DNA of 64,000 nucleotides, filler included, from Octopus bimaculoides (Eukaryota): the NCBI RefSeq assembly GCF_001194135.2. It is 4 parts of 4 records of this genome, joined end to end, with 100 filler letters (N's around TTAATTAATTAA, not from the genome) between each part and the next. Parts side by side here need not be neighbours in the genome. Positions count along the whole stretch, not along the records: positions 23,658 to 42,669 come from NC_068983.1; positions 42,770 to 62,713 come from NC_068985.1; 2 more parts are not named here. One strand, given 5' to 3'. Below the pieces are notes generated by a model. That model was not told the origin of the DNA and ran no database searches. It saw only the letters and a program-made list of their open reading frames with translations. A program made the position numbers and the translations under genes. Positions 33,908 to 48,000 of this stretch are shown here, in pieces. How positions within the stretch are numbered: the stretch's first letter is position 1; each line of letters begins with the position of its first letter.

Positions 33908-33961
33908 CAGAGAGACAGAGTGAGAGAGAGTGTGCGTGTGTGAGAGAGAGAGAGAGTGTGG

Positions 33962-34007
<46 letters not shown>

Positions 34008-34119
34008 CACATATAGATAGATATAGATAGGTAGATAATCAGACAGACAGACAGATAGATCTATCTATCTATCTATCTACTTATCGGTCTACATATACAT
34101 ATATACATCTCTTTCTCTC

Positions 34120-34156
<37 letters not shown>

Positions 34157-34159
34157 TTT

Positions 34160-34317
34160 ATTCCTTTATTTGTCTCACTCATTTGACTGCGGCCATTCTG
34201 GAGCACCACCTTTAGTAGAACAAATTGAGCCCCAGGGCTTATTCTTTGTATGCCTAGCACTTATTCTATCGTTCTGTTTTGTCGAACCGCTAGTTGACAG
34301 GGACGTAAACACACCGA
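34160..34317 (-). mobile_element. SINE family A tail (head lost in gap)
   Basis: TCATTTGACTGCGGCCATTCTGGAGCACC is the reverse complement of the 13575-13610 tail. Confidence 0.7.
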
Positions 34318-34438
34318 NNNNNNNNNNGCTTGCGAATCTATGCTGAGCGTACATATAAATTTGAATCTTCAATATACACAAGCATACACACTAAAAAAAT
34401 ACAACTATATATTCACATACGCAGGCATATCATTTTAC

Positions 34439-34499
<61 letters not shown>

Positions 34500-34564
34500 T
34501 GCATAGACATCAATATATTTATTCTATGCGTGTACGTATATTAGGTGTGTGTTTATGTGTCTGA

Positions 34565-34614
<50 letters not shown>

Positions 34615-35785
34615 GTACTATGAATGTGATACAAAAGATATCTCGGTGAAATAATAATTCATCTCTTTACACATCTCTCTCAACAGTAACACGTTTATCG
34701 AAGCAAACTATCCATTTGCTATTAAGAAAAAAAAAATGACTTATGAGAAGACGAGCATCCCTCGACGAGCCACTGAATCCATCCAGTTCACATATCGGAC
34801 TGTTGCACAGATGAAATATATATATGACGTATAACGACAGTTTTCAAGCTTGTTTCCCCTACTCCATATTCTATCTCTTCATAGCCAAGCACAACTGCAT
34901 TAACCCAGCACAGCTAAAATACGTATTCTTCCTAACCAACTCCCATTTGTCCAGATCTCAGTCTCCCCTCCCTCACTCTCACACACACTCTCTCTCTCAA
35001 TCTATCTATCNNNNNNNNNNNNNNNNNNNNNNNNNNNNNNNNNNNNNNNNNNNNNNNNNNNNNNNNNNNNNNNNNNNNNNNNNNNNNNNNNNNNNNNNNN
35101 NNNNNNNNNNNNNNNNNNNNNNNNNNNNNNNNNNNNNNNNNNNNNNNNNNNNNNNNNNNNNNNNNNNNNNNNNNNNNNNNNNNNNNNNNNNNNNNNNNNN
35201 NNNNNNNNNNNNNNNNNNNNNNNNNNNNNNNNNNNNNNNNNNNNNNNNNNNNNNNNNNNNNNNNNNNNNNNNNNNNNNNNNNNNNNNNNNNNNNNNNNNN
35301 NNNNNNNNNNNNNNNNNNNNNNNNNNNNNNNNNNNNNNNNNNNNNNNNNNNNNNNNNNNNNNNNNNNNNNNNNNNNNNNNNNNNNNNNNNNNNNNNNNNN
35401 NNNNNNNNNNNNNNNNNNNNNNNNNNNNNNNNNNNNNNNNNNNNNNNNNNNNNNNNNNNNNNNNNNNNNNNNNNNNNNNNNNNNNNNNNNNNNNNNNNNN
35501 NNNNNNNNNNNNNNNNNNNNNNNNNNNNNNNNNNNNNNNNNNNNNNNNNNNNNNNNNNNNNNNNNNNNNNNNNNNNNNNNNNNNNNNNNNNNNNNNNNNN
35601 NNNNNNNNNNNNNNNNNNNNNNNNNNNNNNNNNNNNNNNNNNNNNNNNNNNNNNNNNNNNNNNNNNNNNNNNNNNNNNNNNNNNNNNNNNNNNNNNNNNN
35701 NNNNNNNNNNNNNNNNNNNNNNNNNNNNNNNNNNNNNNNNNNNNNNNNNNNNNNNNNNNNNNNNNNNNNNNNNNNNNNNNNNNNN

Positions 35786-35830
<45 letters not shown>

Positions 35831-36532
35831 GCATGCATACATATGCACAAACATAACCAATGCATGCATACATATGCACAAACATAATCAACACATGCAC
35901 TCACACACACATATACTAAATTTCATAATGGCGAAATACCCACAGAAGATAGTATGGGGGATTATAGCTATCCCATTTGGAAAGTCCACATTAACGAGGG
36001 TCATATACATCAATCTAATGCAATACAGAGAATGCCTAGATAACATAATTACTCAGACGATCTCATATGCGTCTGTGAGTCATATCACAATACATATAAA
36101 TATTCGGGACGTTTATAATAATCTAAGTCGTTTATAAATCATCTATCAAGTAAGTTCAGTTTATTGACACCCCATAAAAGCGAGCATGCCTCACTGTAAG
36201 TGTTAGTCATAGCATCAAATATGCCCCTTTATTTTGAAATTAGGATGGCAGACAATTGGATAAAGTCAGTGTGACTCGAGTTTAGGTGGATTACTGGAGG
36301 AATGGTGCATGAACTAATGTGATAAAGATAGGAGTTTAATGAGCAGGTATTTGGGGAGCTTTTAACAATAAACGAAATTCGTTGAAATTCTAACAAAGTA
36401 GGAACGCTTAAGTTTTTTTTTTTTTCGTTTTTTTTCTCAAAGGCAACATCAAGAAAATTAAATGGAATAGCTTCAAGTAGGGTTAGAAACCGTGTAGCAG
36501 TCCTCGTTTACTGGTGATATTACCTCTGGTTA

Positions 36533-36745
36533 AGGAGGCGAGCTGGCAGAATCGTTAGCACGCCGGGCAAAATTCTAAGCGGCATTTCGCCCGTCATTAC
36601 TTTCTGAGTTCAAATTCTGCCGAGGACGACTTTGCCTTTTATCCCTTTCGGGGTTGATGAAACAAGTAACAATTGAGCACTGGGGTCGACATAATCGACT
36701 TACCCTACTCTCATGAAATTGCTGACCTTGTGCCAAAATTTGTAA
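36533..36745 (+). mobile_element. SINE family B
   Basis: GAGGCGAGCTGGCAGAATCGTTAGCACGCCGGGC..CTGAGTTCAAATTCTGCC. Confidence 0.85.
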
Positions 36746-37724
36746 GTGATATTAGCTCTAGTTCAATTTCGCGTGCTTCAAGCTATTAGTAATATTTTAT
36801 GAAGGAAATAATTAATCCTGACGAGTTGATAGCGAATGTCTAAAAAATGGCCATCGATAGTAGTACATCATTCATTTTACAGATTTATATCTATATTCAT
36901 ATCTATGCAAGAACATACATATGTATTAATATGTATATACTATTACACATGCGTGTACCTGCACAATTATATATATATNNNNNNNNNNNNNNNNNNNNNN
37001 NNNNNNNNNNNNNNNNNNNNNNNNNNNNNNNNNNNNNNNNNNNNNNNNNNNNNNNNNNNNNNNNNNNNNNNNNNNNNNNNNNNNNNNNNNNNNNNNNNNN
37101 NNNNNNNNNNNNNNNNNNNNNNNNNNNNNNNNNNNNNNNNNNNNNNNNNNNNNNNNNNNNNNNNNNNNNNNNNNNNNNNNNNNNNNNNNNNNNNNNNNNN
37201 NNNNNNNNNNNNNNNNNNNNNNNNNNNNNNNNNNNNNNNNNNNNNNNNNNNNNNNNNNNNNNNNNNNNNNNNNNNNNNNNNNNNNNNNNNNNNNNNNNNN
37301 NNNNNNNNNNNNNNNNNNNNNNNNNNNNNNNNNNNNNNNNNNNNNNNNNNNNNNNNNNNNNNNNNNNNNNNNNNNNNNNNNNNNNNNNNNNNNNNNNNNN
37401 NNNNNNNNNNNNNNNNNNNNNNNNNNNNNNNNNNNNNNNNNNNNNNNNNNNNNNNNNNNNNNNNNNNNNNNNNNNNNNNNNNNNNNNNNNNNNNNNNNNN
37501 NNNNNNNNNNNNNNNNNNNNNNNNNNNNNNNNNNNNNNNNNNNNNNNNNNNNNNNNNNNNNNNNNNNNNNNNNNNNNNNNNNNNNNNNNNNNNNNNNNNN
37601 NNNNNNNNNNNNNNNNNNNNNNNNNNNNNNNNNNNNNNNNNNNNNNNNNNNNNNNNNNNNNNNNNNNNNNNNNNNNNNNNNNNNNNNNNNNNNNNNNNAT
37701 ATATATATATATATATATATATAT

Positions 37725-40570
37725 ATAACTTTGACAGGTTTCGGCCAGTATAAGCCCAAGCCATGTCTAACTTAATAGCATCACCTGGTGAAGTCTTTTA
37801 GTCATATATGGGGTACCATGGCCCACTTTAGCAAAGAGTTATTATTGTTGCAGACATATCCGAGTGTTGGAGGCTGGTCCTGGATTTTTTGAGAAATTTG
37901 TCCAGTGAACTTTTGAATTTTATGGGATCCATTTCCGTTTTGTTGTATTTTTGTTTAATATTAAAGAGAGCTGGACCGGTTGAAGTAAAGTAGTTGTGTC
38001 GTAATGTTGTTATGCGTCTTGAGTTCGATTTTTGTAGTGGGTGGTTAGCACGGTGGGGGGAATGTCTTGGGTGGATTTTAAAATTGATGCCAACATCCTT
38101 TGTGAGTTTGTGAGTTCTTTTTTTTTAGTCGACCCCAATAGTCAATGCCTGTTATACAATCTATCTTTCTGGTTATTGACCTCTGGAGTACTTCCACCTT
38201 CATAATGAGTTGTTTCGTGTGGCAAGACTACAGTGGGCGCCAGTATTCAAGGTGGGGCGGGCAAAAGTAGAGTAGAGAAGGTTGATGTGCATCTCTATAC
38301 CAGAAAGTTCGTAGAATCCAGGAGCACATCTTGTGGTCCAAGTCAACCTTGTTGTTTATGTGAGAACTCCAGCTTAAATTATTATCAACAATTACTCCTT
38401 GGTCTCTGGAGTTGTTGGATGACACTATGGAATCGGCCGAGGGAAGGGCATATGGCAGTTCCAGATTATCCTCTTTTCCAAAGTGGATCAAATTAAACTT
38501 ATCTTCATTTAGAAGCATATTGTTCTTTTCCACCCATTAGAGAACATCAAACAGATCCGACTGAAGGCATGTTCGGTCTCTCATACCATTTATGGCCTTC
38601 TAGAGTTTAGAATCATCTGCAAAAATTTTCAATGTACAATTCTTGATAACGTCTACTATGCCATTGATGTAGATAATGATGTGGAGTGGGCTTATCACAG
38701 TACCTTGTGGGACACTGCTACTGACTTTGATCGAATTCTCGCATATACATGTTGGGTTCTGTTCGTCAGGAAACACATTATCCACTGAAGCAGCTTTCCA
38801 CGGACTCTAGTGTGGGACAGTTTCTTCAGCAGGATTTTGTGGTCCACTTTGTCAACTACCTTGCTGAAATCACAGTATATGACACCAGTGTTAGAGCCTT
38901 CTCCCAAAGCTTTTAAAATGTCAACAAAATAGTGCAGAAGCTGCGTTAGGTAGTCCCTGCTATCACGGAAACTATGCTGGATGGGGTTCAGCAGATTGTT
39001 GTCTTCGAGGAAGTGAGTTATTCGCGATGTCACCACCCTCTCAAATACTTTAATGATATGAGAGGTGAGGGGAATCGGACGGTATTTCGCTGCAAGAGAT
39101 TTGTTTCCCATTTTGAAAACTGGAATGACAGACTGGGAAAGAAAATGATCAGGAATGTCGCCTGTGTCAAGTTCCTCCAGAGCTCAGCTNNNNNNNNNNG
39201 TGCAATTTGATGTCGACACATATTCAGGACAGTGGCCGGGAACCTATCGGGACCTACTGCTGAATTGTACTTGATCATATTTATTTCTGTTAGGATATCA
39301 GGAGCACCAAAATTTATGTCATATATAGTTAGCTGAGGGTTTAGATCCCTGATACTAGCCAGATCAACCACATTAGCGTTACTGAAACAAGAGCAGTATT
39401 GTTTCTGCAGTATCTAGCACATGGCTTTTGCATCAGCATCTAGAGTATTGTTCTCATCAATCAGAGGGCTAATAGTGGAAACAGCGACTTTATGTTTTTC
39501 TGCAAATGAAAAGAATACTTTGGGATTGAGTTTTATTTTCTCAATGGCCTAACCCTCCTCAGCTGCTCTTTGCTTGTTAATGATGGTCATCATGCTTTTT
39601 AGGAGGTTGTGTTTTTATGATTCGAGTGATGCAATGGCAGTCGAATGGGTGCGTTGTTGCTGGCAGTATTTAAGTTGGTTGATTTTCTCGGTAATTCTTT
39701 TTATTTTTCTGATAATTGATCTTCTATTTCTAGGAATTCTGCACTTAGATTTGTTTACTGATCTTAATGGGGTATGTTTTGCGCGTATATTTGTTTCAGT
39801 TTCTACGAATGTCTACCATGATGTGTTTATGTAGATGGGGGTGCGTGAAGGCCCAATCAACTTGTGAAAGATCATGATTGATCGCATCCCAGTCTGCGTT
39901 ATGAAGATCCATAGTGTCAAATAGATTGGCTGGAGAGATGTCATTGTGTTTTATCGTTGGATGGTAGAATCTAGGATCATAGAAAACTATGTCATGCTCT
40001 GAGAGTAGTGGTGTTTTTTTTTTTCCGCTGCAATATTGTGGATAGTGTCAGTGTGGTTACTGAACACTTGGTCTAAGGCATTTTGTAACACCTTGTTGGT
40101 TCGAGAACAAGTTGGGTCAGGAAAAACTCATCCATGGAATCAAAAGGCAATTCGATTGCTTCCTTTTCAGGGGTTGAGGTGGAAAAACCTAGTTTCAAGC
40201 TATTTGTGGACCAATCAACAATGGGAAAGTTGAAGTCCCCTTATCATTAATACGTTGTCAGCATGACAATGATGGATGAAACATTTAATACTGTTGAGAC
40301 ATTCCTTGAAGCTTTGTAAGGGAGTTAGGGACGGCTTATAGAGCCCAACTACTATTAAATTGTGCATTTTACTGTGCACAGAAGCTGCTTCACAGTAGCC
40401 ATTGGTAAACACGTCCATTGCCTCTGCCGAAAAAGAATCGTGCACAAAAATGGCGGTCCTACCCTTTCTTCTGCCAACACGATCTGCACGGATAACCGTA
40501 AAATTCTTCACTCTCATTTAAGCTTCCAAGTAGAGGTTATTGAGCTGGGTCTTTGTGAGGACGAAGAAAG
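37725..40570 (-). mobile_element. CR1-clade LINE, decayed ORF2 (APE + RT)
   Basis: APE: VIRADRVGRRKGRTAIFV..IVVGLYKP. RT: YRPIPLTSHIIKVFERVV..QHSFR..LTQLL..DFSKVVDKVDHKILLKKL; SSVPQGTVISP..IFADDSKL; RDQGVIVDNNLSWSSHI..WILRTF..PHLEY. Confidence 0.85.
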
Positions 40571-41299
40571 GGATATGGTGTGGATGGTCGGGCGCTGGGG
40601 GAAGGGCTGATGCCTTGTGCATTGAGCAAAAATTTAGCGGCGATAGTAGTGGCTAATTTCAGTGTTTTGGTGATTTACTTGTTAATGGCAGCAATGGGAG
40701 TTTGTGCAATAAGGTAGTAGTGGAGTGCGGCATTGTGTGATGACCAGATTGTTCTTTTTCAGCTCTTTTGCTAGATTCATGATGGCTAAAGAAGGAAAAT
40801 GCACAGAACGTATATATTTTTCATGAGATAAAATATTTATTTCAAATAAAGAATATATGCACTGTGTATATTTTTCTTCTTTTCATATATCTTTTACTAA
40901 AATTCACTGCGTGGGGGGAAAATTTCTCTCTCTCTCTCTCTNNNNNNNNNNNNNNNNNNNNNNNNNNNNNNNNNNNNNNNNNNNNNNNNNNNNNNNNNNN
41001 NNNNNNNNNNNNNNNNNNNNNNNNNNNNNNNNNNNNNNNNNNNNNNNNNNNNNNNNNNNNNNNNNNNNNNNNNNNNNNNNNNNNNNNNNNNNNNNNNNNN
41101 NNNNNNNNNNNNNNNNNNNNNNNNNNNNNNNNNNNNNNNNNNNNNNNNNNNNNNNNNNNNNNNNNNNNNNNNNNNNNNNNNNNNNNNNNNNNNNNNNNNN
41201 NNNNNNNNNNNNNNNNNNNNNNNNNNNNNNNNNNNNNNNNNNNNNNNNNNNNNNNNNNNNNNNNNNNNNNNNNNNNNNNNNNATATATATATATATACA

Positions 41300-41458
41300 T
41301 GACAGGATTCTTTCAGTTTCCGTCTACCAAATCCACTCACAAGGCTTTGGTCGACCGAGGCTATAGTAGAAGACACTTGCCCAATGTGCCATGCAGTGGG
41401 ACTGAACCCGGAACCATGTTTTTCGGAATCAAGCTTCTTAACACACAGTCATGCCTGA
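41300..41458 (-). mobile_element. SINE family A
   Basis: Aligns with 26-185. Confidence 0.8.
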
Positions 41459-44316
41459 ACCTATATATATATATTTAATAGTTCCTCTTTTAAGTGTCTC
41501 TTACGCCCTCTCAGAACCTTTTCGCAGCCTCCCAGATCTCTTCCTTATTCGGCAATGCTCTCTCTCTCTCTTAAACCATCTTTTGACTATATTATTCAGT
41601 TTTATGATCACCACTGGAATATTAACCTACTTCTCGATTGAACTTTCAACAACTATTCTAGCCAATGACTTACCCCAGCGTAAAGACAATTATCTCTTCT
41701 TCCCCACCCCCTAATGGTTTTTAGTCATTAAGTTTTATCGAATTGAAGTCATAATTCAGAAATATAACTAAATTCATATAATCAACAGATGATATCCAGT
41801 AAATCGCAACTAAATTCATATATGCATGTGCAAAGAAAAAAAACGTATTTAATTTTATAAAAACAACGGAAAATCAACGAGCTACTAAATTATTTCCTTA
41901 CGTCACTATAAATGCTTAATGAAACTGCTAAAATAAAAAATCACATCATCAACAACAAAATACAGGAATAGGCTATAATTGGCCGATGTTAATATATAAA
42001 GCCTATTGTCAAAGTGAAATTTGTAAACTTATAGTTACTGTTACATTAGCCATACAAGTATAACACCTTTTGTAAACTCGCCATGCATTCACATCAAGAA
42101 GCAGAACACAGTACAACATAGAACAAAACTACATGCAAGCATGTAACTAATGAGGCTGAGGTTCAAAGATCAGACTTCAAATACAAGCCGGAATATTCGA
42201 ATCTCTGAACAAAATTAGATGACAATCTCAAGAGAAATTACATTTGTCCGTCATAAAATTTAGAAAAAAACATTGCACATCCTCATGATGAGACAGTGTA
42301 AGTTTAGAAACGTTGAGGAATATGATCGATTTAGAAACTTTATTGGGCCAAACTTACGCTAAGCAACTTATACAGCAATGTGAACGTCCACAACTCCATC
42401 ATAAATACGTTATGAAAACGGACATAATACTCTTTTTTTCAGTACTCGTCTAAAAGAAAAGATGGAATGTGTATAAACTGTCCTTCATGCATGCATTTAT
42501 ATTTCTTATATGTCTGTATAAATAAATACATATATGTATGTGTATGTTTAAATGTATACGTGATATATAGATGATATATGCATATACTCATATATTGTTT
42601 ATATATATATATACATATATACACATGTATACGTATGCATATATGTGTGTCTGCCTCTCTCTCTCTCTCNNNNNNNNNNNNNNNNNNNNNNNNNNNNNNN
42701 NNNNNNNNNNNNNTTAATTAATTAANNNNNNNNNNNNNNNNNNNNNNNNNNNNNNNNNNNNNNNNNNNNTATATATATATATATATCTGCTGAAAGAATA
42801 CAAATCCAGAAGATACTCAGATAAGAAATTTTGATTTTTCAACCTCGTATATCTACTCCTCTATTTCTGTGCAGATCATAACCCCCTTATTAGTTCTTTT
42901 CTTTATTCTATCTGTTTCATTACCGTGTTAACATAGTTTAAACATAGTTTCATCTTCCTTGCTGTTTTCTTAAGACAAACTTAAGTTCCTTCACACGCAT
43001 TTGCTATTCGTTACGTATTCATTTATTCAAGTTTGTCACATCGTCACTTATTTCTCTAATTTTGTCAGTGATTGGCTGACCGAAAATTCTAAGATTTTTC
43101 AATTCTATTTCACTATTATCAGCATTTGCTGTTTCCTTAAATTATGTTACCCAAAACCCCCCAAAATATTTTTCTCCCTCATGTTCTATCCTTGACCACC
43201 CTAACTCTGGTCCCCTCTCTTTCTGCCTCACTCTGTCTCTCTCTCTGTTTTGATTACCACTTGCTTCGCCAACACTTTTCTCCTCCTCAACCACCCCAGC
43301 CTATATAAAATAGTGCACTCACTCGGATTCCCCTACTCCATTTTAATAACTCCGCCGAAAGAATACGAATCCAGAAGATGCTCTAGTCTAATTTTGCTAT
43401 TTCGTGGTAAACCCACCCTCCCACTCCAACCCCACTCACACCATCTATACCAGAAGTCCCTATCCTCTGTCATCCTTTGGTTGTCTCCCATGAACACTTC
43501 TAAAGGCTTAATGCTATCCCCACCCCTACTTAGGGTTTATCTCCTATGTAAGGTAGTGATTATATCTTATCTTATCTTATCTATTATAACAAATGTGAAA
43601 ATTTGTGTCTGTGTGAAGCCTTTTTAAAAGTTTATAGAAATCCACATTTTCCACTTTTTCGTAAAAATTTTTACATCAATGGAATTTTTTCGATGTGAAC
43701 TTTCCAGTGCAGTAATTAGATTTTTAAAATTCCGTTTACTTTGTGTGATTTAAGGGAGATTTGGCTGTTGTTTCTAGCAACTTTTATATTTCTTCCCTTC
43801 TACCTGTAGCGGCTTTCATCGATCATGCGCTCAACATAAAATATAGAGAGTAAGAGTGAGAGAGGGAGAGAGAGAGAGAGAGAGAGAAAGTGATACATAC
43901 AAAGTCTTCTTCCTTTCTTCCATTTAATAGTTTTCTTGTATCCCTCTACCTCTAACATATTTTTCATAACATAGATACGTAAAAACACACACAACCACAC
44001 ATACGTGACCTGTGACAACATACACAGAAACACATGCACACATACACATATCAACATTATACGTATAAGATTTAGTTTCTGTGTCTTTCTTATATAAACA
44101 CGTGCACGCATTGCTATTTTATAACTGTCTTCCGTTCTCCCTTCCTCTCTTTCTCTCTCTTCATTGCTCCCGTTCTCTATTCCTTTCTCCCCCTCCCTCT
44201 TCCTCTTCCTCTCTCGCTCTCTCAAATGCATACACGTGCAAGTACACAATCATTCAGTAAGATATAACTCATGTTCGTCAATGTTTTGTAAATATACCAC
44301 AATTTTCACTAGGGTG

Positions 44317-44398
44317 TTAGGTTAGGGTTCTAGGGTCAGGGTTAGGGTTTTAGGGTTAGTGTTAGGGTTAGGTTTATGGTTTTAGGGTTAGGGTTGGG
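44317..44398 (+). repeat. Interstitial degenerate telomere-like (TTAGGG) repeat
   Basis: TTAGGTTAGGGTTCTAGGGTCAGGGTTAGGGTTTTAGGGTTAGTGTTAGGGTTAGG...TTAGGGTTAGGGTTGGG. Confidence 0.8.
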
Positions 44399-45039
44399 TA
44401 ACCGTGTGAGTGTTAATCTTAAAAATTACAGAAATGTGAAAAGTACCGACCCTGCCATCTATTATAACTTTTGTTGTTCTGTTTAATATATACATAGATT
44501 ATGCCTCCAAAGAAGAGAGTTTTCCTGGAGAAAGAAAGCAACCGGCTTAAAAAGACAGCAACAGACTGCAGCAATTCACCACATTCCAGAAGCTACTTTA
44601 ACATAATGCAAAATGGTGCATCAACATCTGCTGTCCAATCGCATAGAATTCTGGCAGAACTGTGTAGCAACAGATCGCCACTAATTGCTTCATCAGAAAT
44701 TTCCATCCTAGCTCCTGCGAAAAGGGATTACTCTGCTATGTATAATCAGGGCAGCGCAAAAAGTTGTTTTGAACAAGCATTTCTATAGCCAATTAGACGG
44801 ATGAAATTTACGTACACTAAATAATGTTACGCAAAACAGCCTTCAGACTTTCCCTATTAATTTCATCGTCTATTGAATTATGAACATATTTACATCATAA
44901 GGGTGTTTTCGTTGTAAGGCTTTCTTTTTTAGTTGATTTTCACCTAGCAAGATTTATCGTAGATAGCTTAATAAGTCACACCTGGACAACGTTGGGTTAT
45001 ACTGCTAGTAGTGCATAAAAATGATTGTGTAGTGTATGC

Positions 45040-48000
45040 AGGTTGAAGGCTATTGTTTGTTTATGGATTCTGCCAAATGTGAGCTTTCTTTTCAGGTACA
45101 TGACGCTGCTGTCCCCCCGCCCCAGAGTCTCACGGGCCAACACCTCCCACACCCTCAGAGTTGGCACACTCAATGTGAGCACAGTGAAAGGTAGGTCTGG
45201 TGAGGTTGTTGAGATGCTTGAATAGAGATGTGTAGATTTGTGCTGCCTCCAAAAAGTAAGGTGGAGAGAAGGTTCCGCTAGGTTCCTCACAGTCAAAGAA
45301 CACAGGCACAAGATTTTCTGGGCAGGGAACACTGACGGGGTCAGGGGCAGAGAAATGGGTTCATAAGGTGATCGAGGTAGTCAGAGTATGTGATAGAATA
45401 CTTAGGATTAGATTAGTGTTACATTATGGGTTAACAACCATTATCTTGGCCTATGCCCCTCAACCATGGCTACCTGATGGACAGAAAGACTGAGTTTATG
45501 ACACCCTCTTGCATATTACCTTGTTGACAATGACAGGGACCTCTTTGTGGCTGGCGACTTCAATGGACATGTTGGACATCATGCAGGGGGATTCCATGGT
45601 GTACATGGAGGCTATGGTTTGGGTTCCCGCAATGAGGAGGGAACCAGGCTGCTGGAGTTCTGCAATGCAAATGGTCTTATGGTTTGCAATACTAACTTCA
45701 GGAAACCTGCCTGTCAACTAGTCACCTACCGTTCTGGCAGACACACTAGCCAAATTGACTACATCCTCACCAGAAAAAGAGAAAGATGGCTGCTTATAAA
45801 TGCCAAAACCTTCCCAGGCAAAGAATGTACCTCACAACATAGACTAGTAGTTAGCGATTTCAGGATCAGAGCTAAATAGATGCCCAGAAGACAACCAGCA
45901 TGGAGGAGAGGTGTCTGGAAGCATAAGGGTCCTGTGAATGGACAGAGATTTAGAGACATTACTCAAGGCCTTTCACAAAATAAAGGGGGATATAGCATCA
46001 CATGATGTGGAAGACAACTGGAGGTTTCTACAAGACAGCCTGCTGAGGGCCACTGACCAGATCTGTGGATGGTGCAAAAATCCTTTTCGACCCAACATAA
46101 CGTGGTGGTGGAACAATGTTGTTGACAAGGCTATTAGGGAAAAGAAACAGGCTTGGAAGGACTGGAAGAACTGTAGTACCAGGAAATTGTATCAGACTGC
46201 CAGAAGGGAAGCTAGGAGACAGGTTTACTTAGCCAGAGGGGAAACAGATAAGAAAAAATTTGCCAATGTTATGCGCTGTGAGGACCAAAGACTTGAGGTA
46301 TTTCATGTTGCAAGACAGTGTGTGAGAGAGAATCGTGACGTCATAGGAGAGAAATGTGTCCGCATGGATGATGGCTCATTTGCACTAAACAAGGCTGCAA
46401 AGAGAGAGGTTTGGAGACACCACTATGAAAGGTTGCTTAATAAAGAGAATGAGTAGGAGGAAGAGAGTCTGCCGAATGTCGACCCAGCAGGGGGACCAGC
46501 TATCCTAATTGACAGTACCTTGGTAGATCAAGCGATCAAGAGTATGGAGACAGGGAAAGCCCCCGGCCCATCAGGAATCACTACAGAGATGCTCAAAATA
46601 TCTGGCTGTGTTGGCTATAGCCTAGTCACCTGTATAGTTAATCAGGTGATACACAAAGGAGTCATACCCAATGACTGGTGTAGCAGCACCATAGTCAACT
46701 GCTACAAAGGTAAAGGTGACGCTTTAGACACAAGCAGTTACAGAGGTATCAAGTTGTTGGACCATGTACTGAAGGTCACTGAGAGTGTCATAGCCCAATT
46801 AATTAGGGAGAGAGTCAGTTTAGATGAGATGCAGTTTGGGTTCATGCCAGGGAAAAGCACCACTGATGCTATATTTCTGGTAAGACAGCTGCAGGAGAAA
46901 TACCTAGGCAAAGATAAACCTCTGTACTTGGCTTTCGTTGACATAGAGAAAGCCTTTGACAGGGTTCCCCGCTCCCTTATCTGGTGGTCAATGAGGAAAC
47001 TAGGGATAGATGAATGGTTAATGAGAGCTGTGCAAGCCATGTACAGGGACGCTGCCAGTAAGGTGAGAGTTGGCAATGAGTACAGTGAAGAATTCCAGGT
47101 AGAGGTAGGGGTCCACCAAGGTTCAGTCCTCAGCCCCCTCCTATTTATCATAGTCCTCCAGGCAATAACAGAGGAATTCAAGACGGGATGCCCCTGGGAG
47201 CTCCGCTATGCTGATGACCTTGCCCTAATTTCTGAGTCACTATCAGAACTAGAGGAGAAGTTTCAGGTGTGGAAGCAGGGACTAGAATTGAAAGGCCTTA
47301 GAGTCAACCTAGCTAAAACCAAAGTTCTAATAAGTAGGAAGGTAGACAAACCACAAATCCCTTCAGGTAGATGGCCCCAGTGTAAGCTATGGACACATAA
47401 AGAGGTGCAGCAATATCAAAGGATGGCTAACTAGCAAGATAGTTTTTGTATGTGGCAGATATTCAGGAGCAATAAACACTGAAAATATGCAGAAAACAAC
47501 CTTTGCCACACTCCAGGGAGAAAAACTAGAAGTAGTTGATAGCTTCCACTACCTAGGTGACCAAGTTTGTAGCGGGGGAGGGATGCGCTGAAAGTGTAGC
47601 TGCGAGAATAAAAATAGCCTGGGCAAAGTTCAGAGAGCTGGTGACAAGGGGCCTCTCACTCAGAGTAAAAGGCAGACTGTATGACGCATGTGTACGAACC
47701 GCCATGCTACATGGCAGTGAAACATGGGCCGTGACTGCTGAGGATATGCGTAAGCTCGCAAGAAACGAAGCCAGTATGCTCCGATGGATGTGTAATGTCA
47801 GTGTGCATACTCAACAGTGTGTAAGTCTCTTGAAAGAAAAGTTATACCTAAGAATCATCAGTTGTGGTGCGCAAGAGACGATTGCACTGGTATGGACATG
47901 TGGCAAGAATGGATGAGGATAGCTGCGTGAAAAAATGCCACAGCCCTGCGGTTGAGGGAACCTGTGGAAGCGGTAGACCCAGGAAGATCTGGGATGAGGT

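Noticed and set aside
36818-36840. CTGACGAGTTGATAGCGAAT hammerhead-like core
   Set aside because: GAAT instead of GAAA and no helix I/III partners.
46738-47181. Antisense ORFs over the RTE copies (also 53569-53958, 54403-54723, 8464-8730, 10848-11426)
   Set aside because: Shadow frames of LINE coding sequence.
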